Below, in pieces: positions 50,269 to 64,000 of a stretch of DNA of 64,000 nt. Origin of the DNA: Octopus vulgaris (lineage: Eukaryota). The stretch is taken from NCBI GenBank assembly GCA_951406725.2, contig OX597822.1, positions 47,430,001 to 47,494,000 of the forward strand. The letters are read 5' to 3'. How positions within the stretch are numbered: position 1 is the stretch's first letter; every line of letters starts with the position of its first letter. The notes beneath the pieces were generated by a model. It was not told where the DNA came from, searched no databases, and was given only the letters and a program-made list of their open reading frames with translations. The position numbers were made by a program, and so were the translations under genes.

Positions 50269-52707
50269 ATATATGCATATATGGGTGCAGGACGTCACTA
50301 ACTGTAAGCAACATGGAATACAAAAACAAATGAGTCCAATACGCAAACAACGAGAGAAACAAATGGAACACAGGACAAGTAACATAAAGAATGACCCTTC
50401 ATCAGTTGTCAACAGCCTATCTACTCCTCATTTCGAGCATTGAATGACAATATGAGTCTTTGAAGGCAGTTGCTGCCAGAAATACCAAAATAAAATTTTG
50501 GATTTATGGAGAGTAAAAGTTGGGAACAAAAACAGGACAGTGGAGACGTACAAGGAAACCGAACAAAAACAAACATGGAGGGTCATTAGGCTAGAATGAG
50601 GGTAAAATAACGAATGCTGAAGAAATATTTTCTTTGACAAGAGAAAAGATAGAAGAGGGAGATAGATAGGATGTGTGTGTGTGTATGATGTGTTAAATGG
50701 AGAAGCAGTGACAAGTGAAAGTTCTGAAAATAATAATAATCAATAAACAATAGCTTAAAGCCCATAAGTGATAACCATGTATTGGCCCAAGAAAATAGTC
50801 TCATTTTGGGGCATATAAGCCCTCAACAGAAAAAAGTGGGTATTAATACCCATGGAAATCGATATGTGTGTGAATGTGTGTGGAGGAGGGGTGTATGTAT
50901 GTGCGTGCGTCTGTATGTATTTGTGTGTGGGAGGTATTGTTGTGTGAGTACATATAGTGAGTACATAGTGTGAGTACATATGCATATACACATATATTTA
51001 TATACATATATGTATATAAGTGCACATGGGACAAGGATACTTGAAACATGTGGGGTTTGATATCTCTGTTCATATTTTTCATTATTTTTTGAATATTTTT
51101 CTTGTCTTGCTGCCAGTTCAAGAGTTTCAGACACTTAAAAACCAGAACCCTATTAAAATTTCTTCTTTCAACACGTTGAGTTCCATTAGATTTATCCTTT
51201 TTCTGTTAGTTTACTTCAACGCATGAGTCAAAGTTCTTGGAACCACAAAACATTGAACAGACTTTTCGGTTTGGCAATCGAAGTACCACATGTTGGCTCA
51301 CCTTTCACAATGTAAAACCTTCATTTCTGTATTTTTCTCGCTTGGGTGGGTACACAGAAAGTGGCGGACCTTTAGGAGTAGTTGTGAACTTCCGGTCACC
51401 CATACAACTGTATCCTCCTTTGAAGAGCTTTAATGTAAAGGAGGAAGAGGAACCTTGGTCTTGCCACACTTATGTATGTGTTTATCATGCAAGTGGGATC
51501 CAGGGCAGGGAGGAATTACATCTTAAGAGGAAAGATGACAAAAGTGCAAAAGTTCGTCATACATTATAATGAGTCGTCATGAATGTATATATATATATAT
51601 ATATATATAGGCGCAGGAGTGGCTGTGTAGTAGTCCCACTGTGTGGCATCTTGGTCAAGTGTCTTTTATTATAGCCTCGGGCCGACCAAAGCCTTGTGAG
51701 TGGATTTGGTAGATGGAAACTGTAAGAAGCCTGTCGTATATATGTATATATATATATGTGTATTTGTGTGTGTGCGTGCATGTGTTTGTGTTTGTGTGTC
51801 TGTGTTTGTCCCCCCAACATCGCTTGACAACTGATGCTGGTATGTTTACATCCCTGTAACTTAGCGGTTTGGAAAAACAGGCCGATAGAATAAGTACTAG
51901 GCTTACAAAGAATAAGTTCTGGGGTTGATTTGCTCGACTAAAGGCGGTGCTTCAGCATGGCTGCAGTCGAATGACTGAAACAAGTAAAAGAGTAAAAAGA
52001 TATATTCTTGTATTCGTTTCAGCCATGTAGCTGTGGTCATGCTGGAGCACCAATGTGGAGTATATTATGCATGAGTATATGTGTAAGTGTATGTGTGTAT
52101 CATCATCATCATCATTGTTTAACGTCTGCTTTCCATGCTAGGTTGGAAGGTTTTTGACTGCGGACTGGTGCGTCAGAGGCTGCACCAGGCTCAATCTGAT
52201 CTGGCAGAGTTTCTACAGCTGGTTGCCCTTCCTAACACCAACCACTCCGAGAGTGTAGTGGGTGCTTTTATGTGCCACCAGCATGAGGGCCAGTCAGGTG
52301 GTTCTGGCAACGAGCACACTCAAAAGGTGTTTTTACATAATACTTGCACGGGAGCCAGTCTGGCAACAACCACACTTGAATATTGTTTTTCACATGCCAC
52401 CGGCACATGTGCCGGTAAGGCGACACTGGCAATGATCACACTCGAATGGTGCTTTTCACGTGTCACAAGCATAGGAGCCAATCTGTGACCCTGGCAACGA
52501 CCACACTCAGATGTGGTTTTATCGTTCCACTGGCACAGGCGGTACTGTTATCGGCCACGTCAACGATTTTGATTTCACTTGCCTCAATAGGTCTTCACAA
52601 GCAAAGTTTATTGTCCAATGAATGTGTATATATACATATACATATATGTGTGTGTGTGTATTTATATACAAGTATATATCTGTATTATGTGTCTATATAT
52701 GTATGTA

Positions 52708-52753
<46 letters not shown>

Positions 52754-52757
<4 letters not shown>

Positions 52758-53315
52758 GTTGTCTGGAAAGTACGTGCTGATTTATAATAGCTTACCTTTC
52801 AACTTATTTTAGGACATGGTTGAGTCCATAAAATAGGATTTGACTACACCTCCATTTAGAGCACAGTTTAAGCTATATTTTTGTGGAAGAAGGTTTATGT
52901 TCCTATAACCTGTGTTAATTCTGTAACCCTTTAAAATGGAAGATAAGAAAGTTCATTTTCGGTACTTGATGCTTTGGGAACCAGACAAAAATTGCTGCAG
53001 CTCGGCTGGGATATGCTACCCCACCCTCCATATTCACCAGATATTGCTCCTTCAGATTTCCACTTATTCAGGTTTCTGCAGAATAGTCTTAATGGTAAAA
53101 ATTTCAATTCCTTGGATGATGTAAAAAGATACCTTGATGAATTATTTGCCATGAAACCACCTCACTTCTGGGAAGAGGATATTTTCAAGTTAAAGGAAAG
53201 ATGGAGATGCATTGTGCAACAAAATGGTTCATATTTGGTTGGTTAAAAATGTAATGCCAAGTATTTATTGACCTTTATTTTTCCTTTAAAAATCGGCATG
53301 AACTTTCCGGACAAG

Positions 53316-53319
<4 letters not shown>
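52754..53319 (+). mobile_element. Internally deleted mariner with both TIRs
   Basis: TA|TTGGGTTGTCTGGAAAGT...ACTTTCCGGACAAGCCAA|TA. The N-terminal MEDKKVHFRYLML is joined to LGWDMLPHPPYSPDIAPSDFHLFRFLQNSL. Confidence 0.92.
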
Positions 53320-53368
<49 letters not shown>

Positions 53369-53605
53369 ACATGTGTGTGTGCATACATATACATATATAT
53401 ATACAACACACATACACACATATATATATATACATACATATACATACACACATATGTATAGAAAGTGATATAAATGTGGGTGTGTCTAATTTTGTATGTA
53501 TGTGTTTATATATATGTGTGTGTGTGTGTAAACATTCATTGTGTGTGTGTTTTGTATGTAAAACGTTTCCTCTGAATCATTTTCCCACAGCCTTATTGTT
53601 CATAG

Positions 53606-53663
<58 letters not shown>

Positions 53664-55724
53664 GTCTCACTCTCTATCTCTCTCTTCACCCCACCCCACC
53701 ACACATACACCCACACATACAAACACAGCTTTATATTTTCTTGCATTCAGTTTTATGGATAAATTTTGTTATGCCCATTAGGTAATAACTTCATGTGAAG
53801 TAAACAGCTCTTTTTTAAAATTTAAATTCTTTACATTAAGCCTTTATTTTGAAATTTTGTTGTTGTTGATGTTGTTGATATTATTTAGCATTGATTTAAT
53901 CATTTTTGTAAATTATTTTGGAATTCAATTGGTTATCGTGGATATGCAGTACAAAGAAACGACATAAAAAGACACGAGGAAACTTTCCAGGGAAACCTTC
54001 TGCATGATGAACATATAGTTAAGTGTATGCTAATTTACTGGATATAATGAGTGGAAAAATGCTAATCAATATTTGATTACTCATTTGTTCGTCTTTACGT
54101 TCTGAATTCAAATTCCACCGAGGTCGACTTTGCCTTTCATCCTTTCGGGATCGATAAAATAAGTACCAGTTGAATTCTTGGGTCAATGTAATCATCAAGC
54201 TCCCTCTTTCAAAATATCAGGTTTTGACTAAAGGATTTATAAAATAGCAACAGTAATAGTGGTGGTGGTGGTTGTGGTGGAGGTGGTTGTGGTGGTGGTG
54301 GTTGTGGTGGTCGTAGTAGTAGTAGTGGTAGTAGTTGCTGGTGTTGATGTTGTTAGTAATGATGTTAATAGTTGTTGTTTGTTATTTTGGTGTTGTTACT
54401 GTTGTTGGTGGTGGTGCCACTGTAGTGGCATAGCTAGAGTGTGTGCCGCTCATGGCAACCCTCGAGTTTTCTGCCACCACCTCCAGCCCCTGTCCCTCAA
54501 CAAGCCGATACAGAATTATACAGCGGTGGTGCCCCAGCATGGCCGCGGCCTTCAGGCTAAAACATTTTTAAGGATTTTAAGGATTTAAGTAGACTCAAAA
54601 GCGCTTTCTCCATAAAAGTATTACCTGGATGGATGGCCCCTCTTGCCCACCCCCAGCCATGTTAGTCTGCCTTTGTCCTTCATGTTGTAGTTGTCTTCTT
54701 CTTCTTCTTCCAATCAGGATTCACGCTATTAGCCACAAAGAATAATCTCGAATTTGAGCCTACTCTAAGCTACTAAGAATGCGTGATAGACTGGCGGTTG
54801 CACGGGCATGAAAGCGATGTTGTTATCCTCATTCCGTGAATGATGGCTTTTAACGGGTGGAGAGCTGAACCATCCTGGGGGTACTGAGGATTTGCAATTT
54901 AGACTAGGGTTTGAAAGTTTACCACACCATAGTGGCTTACACCATAGTTCCTCTGCTTTGTGGCAGAAGTAGGAAGAAAGAGTGAGAGAAAGTTGTGGTG
55001 AAAGAGCACAGCGGGCACCCCCGACAAAGCCTTGTGGAGCTTAGGTGTTTTTGCTCAATAAACACTCATAATGCCCGGTCTGGGAGTCAAAACCGCGTTT
55101 TTACGACCACGAGTCTGCTGCATTAACCTCTGGGCCATTGCGCCTCCACTGTTGTAGTTGTTGTCATCGTTGTCAGTTGTCATTAAGAATAATAGTAATG
55201 TAAGTGTGGTCTTTGGCCTCGACTGAGCGTATCTATGAACACAGGAATTCCAACGATGACACTTCGTTTTCTTTTTCCTGATGATATAATGTATCTTAGA
55301 CTACCTTATTGATTGGTGTGTGCTTCCATTTATTTTTAAGACATTAGATAATGGTTTCAGGGAGATTAGCAAGCTTTTCCTAGTATGCTCAGTGAGTGCA
55401 TACAAAATCCCTTGTTGCAAATAAGAAAGCAGTTTCACTAACGAGAGCCAATGAAATGTCACTTTTGGGTTTGAACTGTACCTCCTTCCGCTTTACAGTA
55501 TTTTGAAAAGTACATGGTGAGGTATGGTTGTAATGAAATGTTCCTTTTAAGTAAATTTACTGGATACAACCAACTCGGAAGCCCCTACATTGTCACTACA
55601 CCGACTACAAACAGTAGCCAAATCTCCCTCAAATACACCATGATGTTTTTTGTTTAAAAAGGACTCTTTAGATAATTTAGTTCTACATGACCACAAAAGA
55701 AGAAAACTTGAAAACTTAGCCATA

Positions 55725-55960
55725 TTTGATCAGGCCTGGAGTAACTTTGATCATAAATCCATGTGATCAGGTTAGGAATAACTTTAATCATAGGTTTGTT
55801 TGATCTCAGCTTAAGTAACTTTGATCCCACATATATTCGATTGGGCCTTGAATAACTTTGATTATTGCTTCTGTTTGATCAGATTGGAATAACCTTGATC
55901 ATGCGTCTGTTTGGCCTAATCTGGAATAACTTTGACCACAGGTCTGTTTGATCGGGCCTA
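55725..55960. repeat. Degenerate tandem repeat of about 33-35 bp (about 7 copies)
   Basis: Consensus is approximately GATCAGGCCTGGAATAACTTTGATCATAGGTCTGTTT. Confidence 0.75.
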
Positions 55961-56271
55961 GGATACGATTTCTCTGTTTGTCTGTCTGCCTGTGGCTCTC
56001 CCTCCCCACAAACAAACAAGTGCATACATTTTACAGTGCCACACACACACACATCTGAGATGGTGGTGATGGAGGAGAATGTGGTTGGTAGTGCTGAAAA
56101 GCGAAAACTTCATTGGACGTACCAGTTTATCCAAACAAAGGGACGTTTGAATGCATGGCAAAGATTCACTCATGAATACATAATTGTCACCTTAAAGTAA
56201 ATCAGCTTATTCACTGCAATAAAGGACAGTTTCACCTTCACTGCACTAACAAGGTGCACCACATCACTACA

Positions 56272-56316
<45 letters not shown>

Positions 56317-56753
56317 CACACACACATTTACACACTCCCCCTCATACACATTATATAACAATCTTATGTGCTTTGTTTGGTTTTCTACATACACTCAGTG
56401 TAACCCTCCAACCAGGATTTCAGAACAAAGGAGACAATGGCAACACATGAACCGGTACATGGAGTTTCTAAATGCTGAATATTTGTTACACATCTTAATT
56501 ATATTGTGCTGCATGAGCAGGTTGTCGTTATATAACTACATTAGGCGATGAGGTTGCTGAATCGTTAGAATGTCGGGCAAAATGCATAGTGACATTTCGT
56601 CCGTCTTTACGTTCTGGGTTCAAATTCCGCCGAGGTCGACTTTGCCTTTCATCGTTTTGGTGTCAATAAAATAACAACCAGTCGAACACAAAATTTGAAA
56701 CTGATATTTTGTGTGTGTGTGTATCTGTCTGTCTGTCTGTCTGTCTGTGTGTC

Positions 56754-56828
<75 letters not shown>

Positions 56829-57471
56829 AAGCTGGGCTAATGATCAAGCAGGTCGTTGGGCCAGTGATCAACAGAAGGTCATTGGTTTAATTATTAGCAG
56901 TGGCACATAATGTCCTTGTATAAAACAATTCGTTTCAAGTTGCTCACCATCTGCGATGTGCTTGTGTCCTGTTAGGAGAGAGGCTTTTACTTTCAGTTGC
57001 ATAAACAACCAGCACAAACACCATCTAATGGAGGCTATGGCCTCCAGATAGACTTCAATGCACGTGTGTACATGTAGTTACGCTTGTATATGTATATACA
57101 TGTGAGTATGTATATATGTATACTCTTTTACTCTTTTACTTGTTTCAGTCATTTGACTGTGGCCATGCTGGAGCACCGCCTTTAGTCAAACAAATCGACC
57201 CCAGGACTTATTCTTTGTAAGCCTAGTACTTACTCCATTGGGATCTTTTGCCGAACCGCTAAGTTACAGGGGCGTAAACACAACAACATTGGTTGTCAAG
57301 CGATGTTGGGGGGACAAACACAGACACACAAACATATACACACACTCATGCTTATATATATATATATATATACTACTAATATAGGATGAAGTTTTTTTTT
57401 TTTACAGAAACAAAATTCCATCAAAAAATGTGGCAGCATATTAAAATACCTTTAAGGTTAAAATTATAAAC

Positions 57472-57679
57472 AACTTATAAATAAGGGCTAAAGAAAATTA
57501 TTTCTATGCCAATATAGAAATAACGAACTTTTAAAAAAAATTCTATTGGCTGGCTTTCCTCGATTTCAGCTCTTTTGTATTTTCTGTAGCAAGTAAATAA
57601 TATATGGAAATTGACAATTTAAAAGTCTGTTATCAGCATATTGGCATGGAAATAATTTTCTTTAGCCCTTATTTATAAG

Positions 57680-57681
<2 letters not shown>
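57472..57681. repeat. Inverted repeat with arms of about 45 bp, in (TA)n
   Basis: AACTTATAAATAAGGGCTAAAGAAAATTATTTC pairs with GAAATAATTTTCTTTAGCCCTTATTTATAAGTT. Confidence 0.85.
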
Positions 57682-57727
<46 letters not shown>

Positions 57728-58179
57728 TATTATAAAAGGCAGATTTTATCTGCCTCCCTTTGGGAGTTATACAAATCTACAATATAGGATTTCTTCAATT
57801 ACAATTTACCTACCATTTTTGAGAGTACAAGGCATCGCGTCATGCCAGGTCCAGTTTTTAAAATTTAAACTCCAATTAAGCAAAATTTACAGAAAACTCA
57901 CATTCTGGTGTGTGTGTCAAATGCTTTTCTTAGTCTGGTTTACACCACACGCAAACGCACACACACAGTGGGCAACGAATAAAATGAAAGTAAATAGCGA
58001 CAGTGATTTGAGGAAGACTAAAGTGAAAGTATTCTGTCTATGACGCTGATAGATATATGAGTAAAATGTATGGGAAGCTAAGAGCTAAGAGTGAGTGAAA
58101 ATGTTCTTGGAAGAGAGTAATTAGTAATAAAGTAAACATACACTCATAGATACATACATACATACATACATACATACAT

Positions 58180-58210
<31 letters not shown>

Positions 58211-58441
58211 TACACACACACATACACACACATACATACATACACACATACATACATACATACATATACATACATACATACATATACATACATATACATA
58301 CATACATACACACACACACATACACACACACACAGTATTGAAGCTTGAGAACAATCAGATACATTTGCAACACATCTGTTGAAAATATTATTGTTCACAC
58401 ACATACATATACATATATACACACAGACAGACAGACAGATA

Positions 58442-58483
<42 letters not shown>

Positions 58484-58519
58484 ATCCAGCATGGCCACAA
58501 CCTCAAGGCTGAAACATAT

Positions 58520-58900
58520 AAAAGAATAACAGAATATAAATGTGTGCAAAGTACAAGAAATATTAATGCAGTATATGGGGATTGGACAATAAGCGTAAGG
58601 CAGTGTCAATGGTGGTTCCAGAAATCCCGAGCCATAAACTACAGCCTAGAAGACGAGCCTCATCCTGAAAGATCTGTAGAACTCGACAAGGACATCCTGA
58701 AAACCCTGGTGGAACAAAATATCATTGTAACTGTTGAGGAACTAGCAGAGAAGCTTGGATTTGGTCATTCAACCATTCATTGACACCTGTGTGCTATCGG
58801 AAAAGTCAGCAAATTGGGTCAATGGGTTCCTCACGAACTTTCCGAGTCTAATTGCATGCAGAGAGTGAATGTATGCTTTTCTTTGCTGTCATATCTCACC
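58520..58900 (+). mobile_element. Mariner N-terminal (HTH) fragment inside the Helitron unit; duplicated at about 60350-60730
   Basis: RNINAVYGDWTISVRQCQWWFQK...SLEDEP...VTVEELAEKLGFGHSTIH*HL..IGKVSKLGQWVPHEL (WVPHEL motif). Confidence 0.9.
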
Positions 58901-60020
58901 ACTACTGCGCTATGTATATCTATATATATAAAACTGTAGTTGTGTGAGTGTCTGTCCCCTTCGATTTAGATTCCTAACTACTCCCACATTTTGCGGTACA
59001 GTTTAACCAAATTCGGGTAGCTTATTGTCGTGATTCATATCGAGCCCGTCTGAATATTAGCGCGCGTCTACGATGAGTCTACGATTTTTAAAATAATTTA
59101 ACATCATTTTTTATTCCATTTTAATGCATAATTTTTCGTGTGTCGATGGCGGTGGAGTTGGCATCCACGCTCACACCTGCACCTGTGGAGAAGGGAGTGT
59201 AAGGAAATCAACGTCGTAATGCGTTGTCAAGGAGACCAGTGTTCTTTTAGAACAACGACTTCATGGCTTGAAGACACCAAAACAGAAATGGCTAAGAAAG
59301 CGTCTACATGAGTCTACGATTTAAAAAAAAATTTACCATCGTTTTTTTTCCATTTTAATGCATTTTTTCGCTATTATATAAGGGAAGTAACTCTCTAAAA
59401 ATGTCTACGATGAGTCAACGATTTAAAAAAAAATTTACCATCATATTTTTTCCATTTTTAATGCATTTTTTGCTATTTTTTGGCTATAACTCTCTAAAAA
59501 TGCTTATATAGTTATTTCCCTTACAAACCCGAGCAACGCCGGGCGATACTGCTAGTCTCTTATTATAAAAGGCAGATTTTATCTGCCTCCCTTTGGGAGT
59601 TATACAAATCTACAATATAGGATTTCTTCAATTACAATTTACCTGGCATTTTTGAGAGTACAATGCATCGCGTCATGCCAGGTCCAGTTTTTAAAATTTA
59701 AACTCCAATTAAGCAAAATTTACAGAAAACTCACATTCTGGTGTGTGTGTCAAATGCTTTTCTTAGTCTGGTTTACACCACACGCAAACGCACACACACA
59801 GTGGGCAACGAATAAAATGAAAGTAAATAGCGACAGTGATTTGAGGAAGACTAAAGTGAAAGTATTCTGTCTATGACGCTGATAGATATATGAGTAAAAT
59901 GTATGGGAAGCTAAGAGCTAAGAGTGAGTGAAAATGTTCTTGGAAGAGAGTAATTAGTAATAAAGTAAACATACACTCATAGATACATACATACATACAT
60001 ACATACATACATACATACAT

Positions 60021-60055
<35 letters not shown>

Positions 60056-60103
60056 TACACACACACATACATACACACACACATACATACATACACACAT
60101 ACA

Positions 60104-60135
<32 letters not shown>

Positions 60136-60280
60136 CATACATACATACACACACACACAAACACACACACACAGTATTGAAGCTTGAGAACAATCAGATA
60201 CATTTGCAACACATCTGTTGAAAATATTATTGTTCACACACATACATATACATATATACATACATACAGACAGACAGATA

Positions 60281-60314
<34 letters not shown>

Positions 60315-61763
60315 ATCCAGCATGGCCACAACCTCAAGGCTGAAACATATAAAAGAATAACAGAATATAAATGTGTGCAAAGTACAAGAAATATTAATGC
60401 AGTATATGGGGATTGGACAATAAGCGTAAGGCAGTGTCAATGGTGGTTCCAGAAATCCCGAGCCATAAACTACAGCCTAGAAGACGAGCCTCATCCTGAA
60501 AGATCTGTAGAACTCGACAAGGACATCCTGAAAACCCTGGTGGAACAAAATATCATCGTAACTGTTGAGGAACTAGCAGAGAAGCTTGGATTTGGTCATT
60601 CAACCATTCATTGAGACCTGTGTGCTATCGGAAAAGTCAGCAAATTGGGTCAATGGGTTCCTCACGAACTTTCCGAGTCTAATTGCATGCAGAGAGTGAA
60701 TGTATGCTTTTCTTTGCTGTCATATCTCACCACTACTGCGCTATGTATATCTATATATATAAAACTGTAGTTGTGTGAGTGTCTGTCCCCTTCGATTTAG
60801 ATTCCTAACTACTCCCACATTTTGCGGTACAGTTTAACCAAATTCGGGTAGCTTATAGTCGTGATTCATATCGAGCCCGTCTGAATATTAGCGCGCGTCT
60901 ACGATGAGTCTACGATTTTAAAAATAATTTAACATCATTTTTTATTCCATTTTAATGCATAATTTTTCGTGTGTCGATGGCGGCGGAGTTGGCGTCCACG
61001 CTCACACCTGCACCTGTGGGGAAGGGAGTGTAAGGAAATCAACGTCGTAATGCATTGTCAAGGAGACCAGTGTTCTTTTAGAACAACGACTTCATGGCTT
61101 GAAGACACCAAAACAGAAATGGCTAAGAAAGCGTCTACATGAGTCTACGATTTAAAAAAAAATTACCATCGTTTTTTTTCCATTTTAATGCATTTTTTCG
61201 CTATTATATAAGGGAAGTAACTCTCTAAAAATGTCTACGATGAGTCAACGATTTAAAAAAAAATTTACCATCATATTTTTTCCATTTTTAATGCATTTTT
61301 TGCTATTTTTTTGCTATAACTCTCTAAAAATGCTTATATAGTTATTTCCCTTACAAACCCGAGCAACGCCGGGCGATACTGCTAGTCTTATTATAAAAGG
61401 CAGATTTTATCTGCCTCCCTTTGGGAGTTATACAAATCTACAATATAGGATTTCTTCAATTACAATTTACCTAGCAGTTTTAAGAGTACAATGCATCGCG
61501 TCATACCAGGTCCAGTTTTTAAAATTTAAACTCCAATTAAGCAAAATTTACAGAAAACTCACATTCTGGTGTGTGTGTCAAATGCTTTTCTTAGTCTGGT
61601 TTACTCCACACGCAAACGCACACACACAGTGGGCAACGAATAAAACGAAAGTAATTCACTTACTGTAGTGAGTGATTCTTTCACTCTGCCTCCCACTTCC
61701 TCTTTCCACACATACACACGCAAATATATAAATAAAATTGTAAGCTAACGTGCGTGTATGTGA

Positions 61764-61794
<31 letters not shown>

Positions 61795-62124
61795 TGTGAG
61801 GGTGAACATAAGACCAAAGCAGAGAATGTATTCTTTTATTCTTCTGCTTTTTCCAGCCATTGGTCTGTGGCCATGCTGGGGCAATGCCTTGAAGAATTGT
61901 AGTTTAATGAATCAACTCCAGTTTTATTTTTGTAAGCATTGTACTTATTCTATCTGTTTCCTTTGTCAAACCACTAGGTGACAGGGGTGTAAACAAACCA
62001 ACACTCGTTGTCAAGCAGTGGTGGAGGACAATCACAAGCACAGACACGCACACACACACACATACATGCATACACATATACACACATACATACATACATA
62101 TATATATATGTGTGTATATATATA

Positions 62125-62383
62125 TTGCAGCGTGGAAGGTGTTTGTAAGCCATTTAAGAAACACACAAAAACCGTTACATTCACTTCAACATTTAAATTT
62201 AATTTGCCAAAATATTTTCGTCGCTTTGAGACCGCGACCTGTTCACTGACAAAAATATCGTGCTAACAGGTCGCGGTCTCAAAGCGACGAAAATATTTTG
62301 ACAAATTAAATTTAAATGTTGAAGTGAATGTAACGGTTTTTGTGTGTTTCTTAAATGGCTTATAAACACCTTCAACGCTGCAA
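62125..62383. repeat. Fold-back inverted repeat with near-perfect arms of about 118 bp
   Basis: TTGCAGCGTGGAAGGTGTTT...GAGACCGCGACCTGTT pairs with AACAGGTCGCGGTCTC...AAACACCTTCAACGCTGCAA. Loop about 21 nt. Confidence 0.92.
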
Positions 62384-63447
62384 CTGTTTTCGTTCCAGCA
62401 CACGATCTCAGATCAAGTCACTTGCTATGCAAGTACATCTCTGTAACTATATATATATTTATATATATATATATATGTATATTGGTAAAAACAGTAAGAT
62501 AACAAAAGAAAGAAAGAGACCTCAATATTATGTAAATAGAGGAAATCTTTATATATAAAAGTGAGGTTGTGTGTCTGTCTCCTACGATTTAGATTCCTAA
62601 CTACTCCTACATTTTGCGGTGCAGTTTAACCAAAAGCGGGTATCTTATAGTCGTGATTCATATCGAGACCGTCTGGGTATTAGCGCGCGTCTACGATGAG
62701 TCTACGATTTAAAAAAAAATTTACCATCAATTTTTCCCATTTTTAATCCATTTTTGACATATATAAGGGAAGTAACTTTCTAAAATTTATTATTAAATCT
62801 CAGAACGTAAAAAGCTACAGTAACACCCCTCCCCCTTTGTGGTTAGCCATATTGAGATGGCTATTATACTTTACATCTCTAAAAATGCTTATATAATTAT
62901 TTCCCTTACAAACCCGAGCAACGCCGGGCGATACTGCTAGTATATATATATTTACAACGGGCTTCTTTCAGTTTCCATCTACCAAATCCACTCACAAGGC
63001 TTCGGTCAGCCCAAGACTATTGTGGAAGACACTTGCCCAAGGTGGCATGTATATATGTGTTGAGTGTGTATAAATGTTTTCTTTTGATTGGATGATATTC
63101 AGATAACATGGAGCATTATTGCTAAAGCTAGAAAGTACAGTGGGTGGGGTACAAGTAAGCTTTGCATTACTGGAAAGCTAAACGCCATCTAATAAAAAAG
63201 ATAACATCTTAAACATTAGGGATGACACCTTCTCCCCCTGCATGCAGAAGCAATATTTTACATTCTGATATTTCAAAGAGAAACCACCACCCACTCCGCC
63301 GATCCTACTAGGATAGGTTTTTTTTGTCTCTGAACATGAACATTAAATATATACATCATACGAACTCTGCATCTAGAAGACACATGCCCTCATGATTAAC
63401 TCCCTCAATACACAAACATACGAACATTAAACATACCTAGGACATAA

Positions 63448-64000
63448 TCTCTATATATATAAACGGCAAAATGTCTGCGTGTGTGTCCTTTATACAAATC
63501 CACAATTTTTCAGTTAGAGGGCTCGCACTTTCTATAGTCATTCAAAACCGTCCAAGGGTGGTCGTGCACATCTTTACCTTTCCCCAGTCACCCCGCAAAG
63601 CCATTAAAAAATCAATAGAAGTGACTTTTTTGTGAATTTTCTATCCAAAACCCAATCAAAATGCCCGAAACTTGATACACCAATAGAATGCCAGCTAGCT
63701 GTATGTGATTGGTCGGAGATTTGGACAGTACTTGCGTGTATGTGGGCACGCACGCAGCTGTATATGCATGCACTAGCACTATGATATTTACATGTGTGCA
63801 TGTGTGTATATGAGTGTGTGTGTGTGTGCATGTATATGCACACACACATCAAGACATTACAAGTCCAACAGCCATATTCATTGCATGTATGAAAATATCA
63901 ATATTTTGACAATATTTTGTAAATCGTAAGTCGTTGTTTATAATTTCCATACCACATGTGCAGGAATGGTTGTTAAGAGACTTGTGAGTGATTCCTCAAG
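63448..64000 (+). mobile_element. Probable Helitron 5' end running off the window
   Basis: A|TCTCTATATATATAAACGGCAAAATGTCTGCGTGTGTGTCC resembles the other Helitron 5' ends here. The 3' end is not visible. Confidence 0.5.

Larger units (their letters stand above)
57723..62940 (+). mobile_element. Head-to-tail composite Helitron array (57723-59555, 59556-61385, variant 61386-62940)
   Basis: Each unit starts TC(TC)TTATTATAAAAGGCAG and ends with a CCCG-agcaacgc-CGGG hairpin plus CGATACTGCTAG. CTAG|TC junctions at 59555/6 and 61385/6. Second internal TC...ATATATAAAA starts at 58919, 60750 and 62546. Confidence 0.88.

Noticed and set aside
50372-50412. Minus-strand GACAA-CTGATGA-AGGG...TTGTC
   Set aside because: Stem I-like pairing is present but the GAAA box is absent. 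At best a dead relic.
55725-55960. CRISPR-like periodicity (also 2927-3180)
   Set aside because: Whole units are homologous with no unique spacers, there are no cas genes, and the context is eukaryotic. These are ordinary minisatellites.

Overview
Repeat-saturated, AT-rich animal genomic DNA. The SINE and LINE families and the extreme (TA)n/(CA)n/(TATG)n content point to Octopus or another coleoid cephalopod (inference). No intact host protein-coding gene is visible, and almost all listed ORFs are microsatellite artefacts. The window holds tRNA-derived SINEs; RTE, CR1/L2-like and RLE (R4/Dong-like) LINE fragments; mariner, maT-like and hAT transposase relics; MITEs; a solo LTR; several Helitrons, including a head-to-tail 1.83-kb array that has captured other repeats; Penelope-like (GIY-YIG) fragments; and an RPL19 processed pseudogene. 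The most notable element is at 13726-14980. It is an array of apparently identical 360-bp non-coding units: 2.4 direct copies plus one inverted copy, inserted in (TA)n. Each full unit carries a Type I hammerhead ribozyme fold with a palindromic stem III at the tip of a long hairpin. This is the architecture of a non-LTR retrozyme (a circRNA-producing, probably Penelope-mobilised element). Five further Penelope-type minimal or degenerate hammerhead motifs are scattered through the window. All structure calls were made by eye, with no folding or database search.
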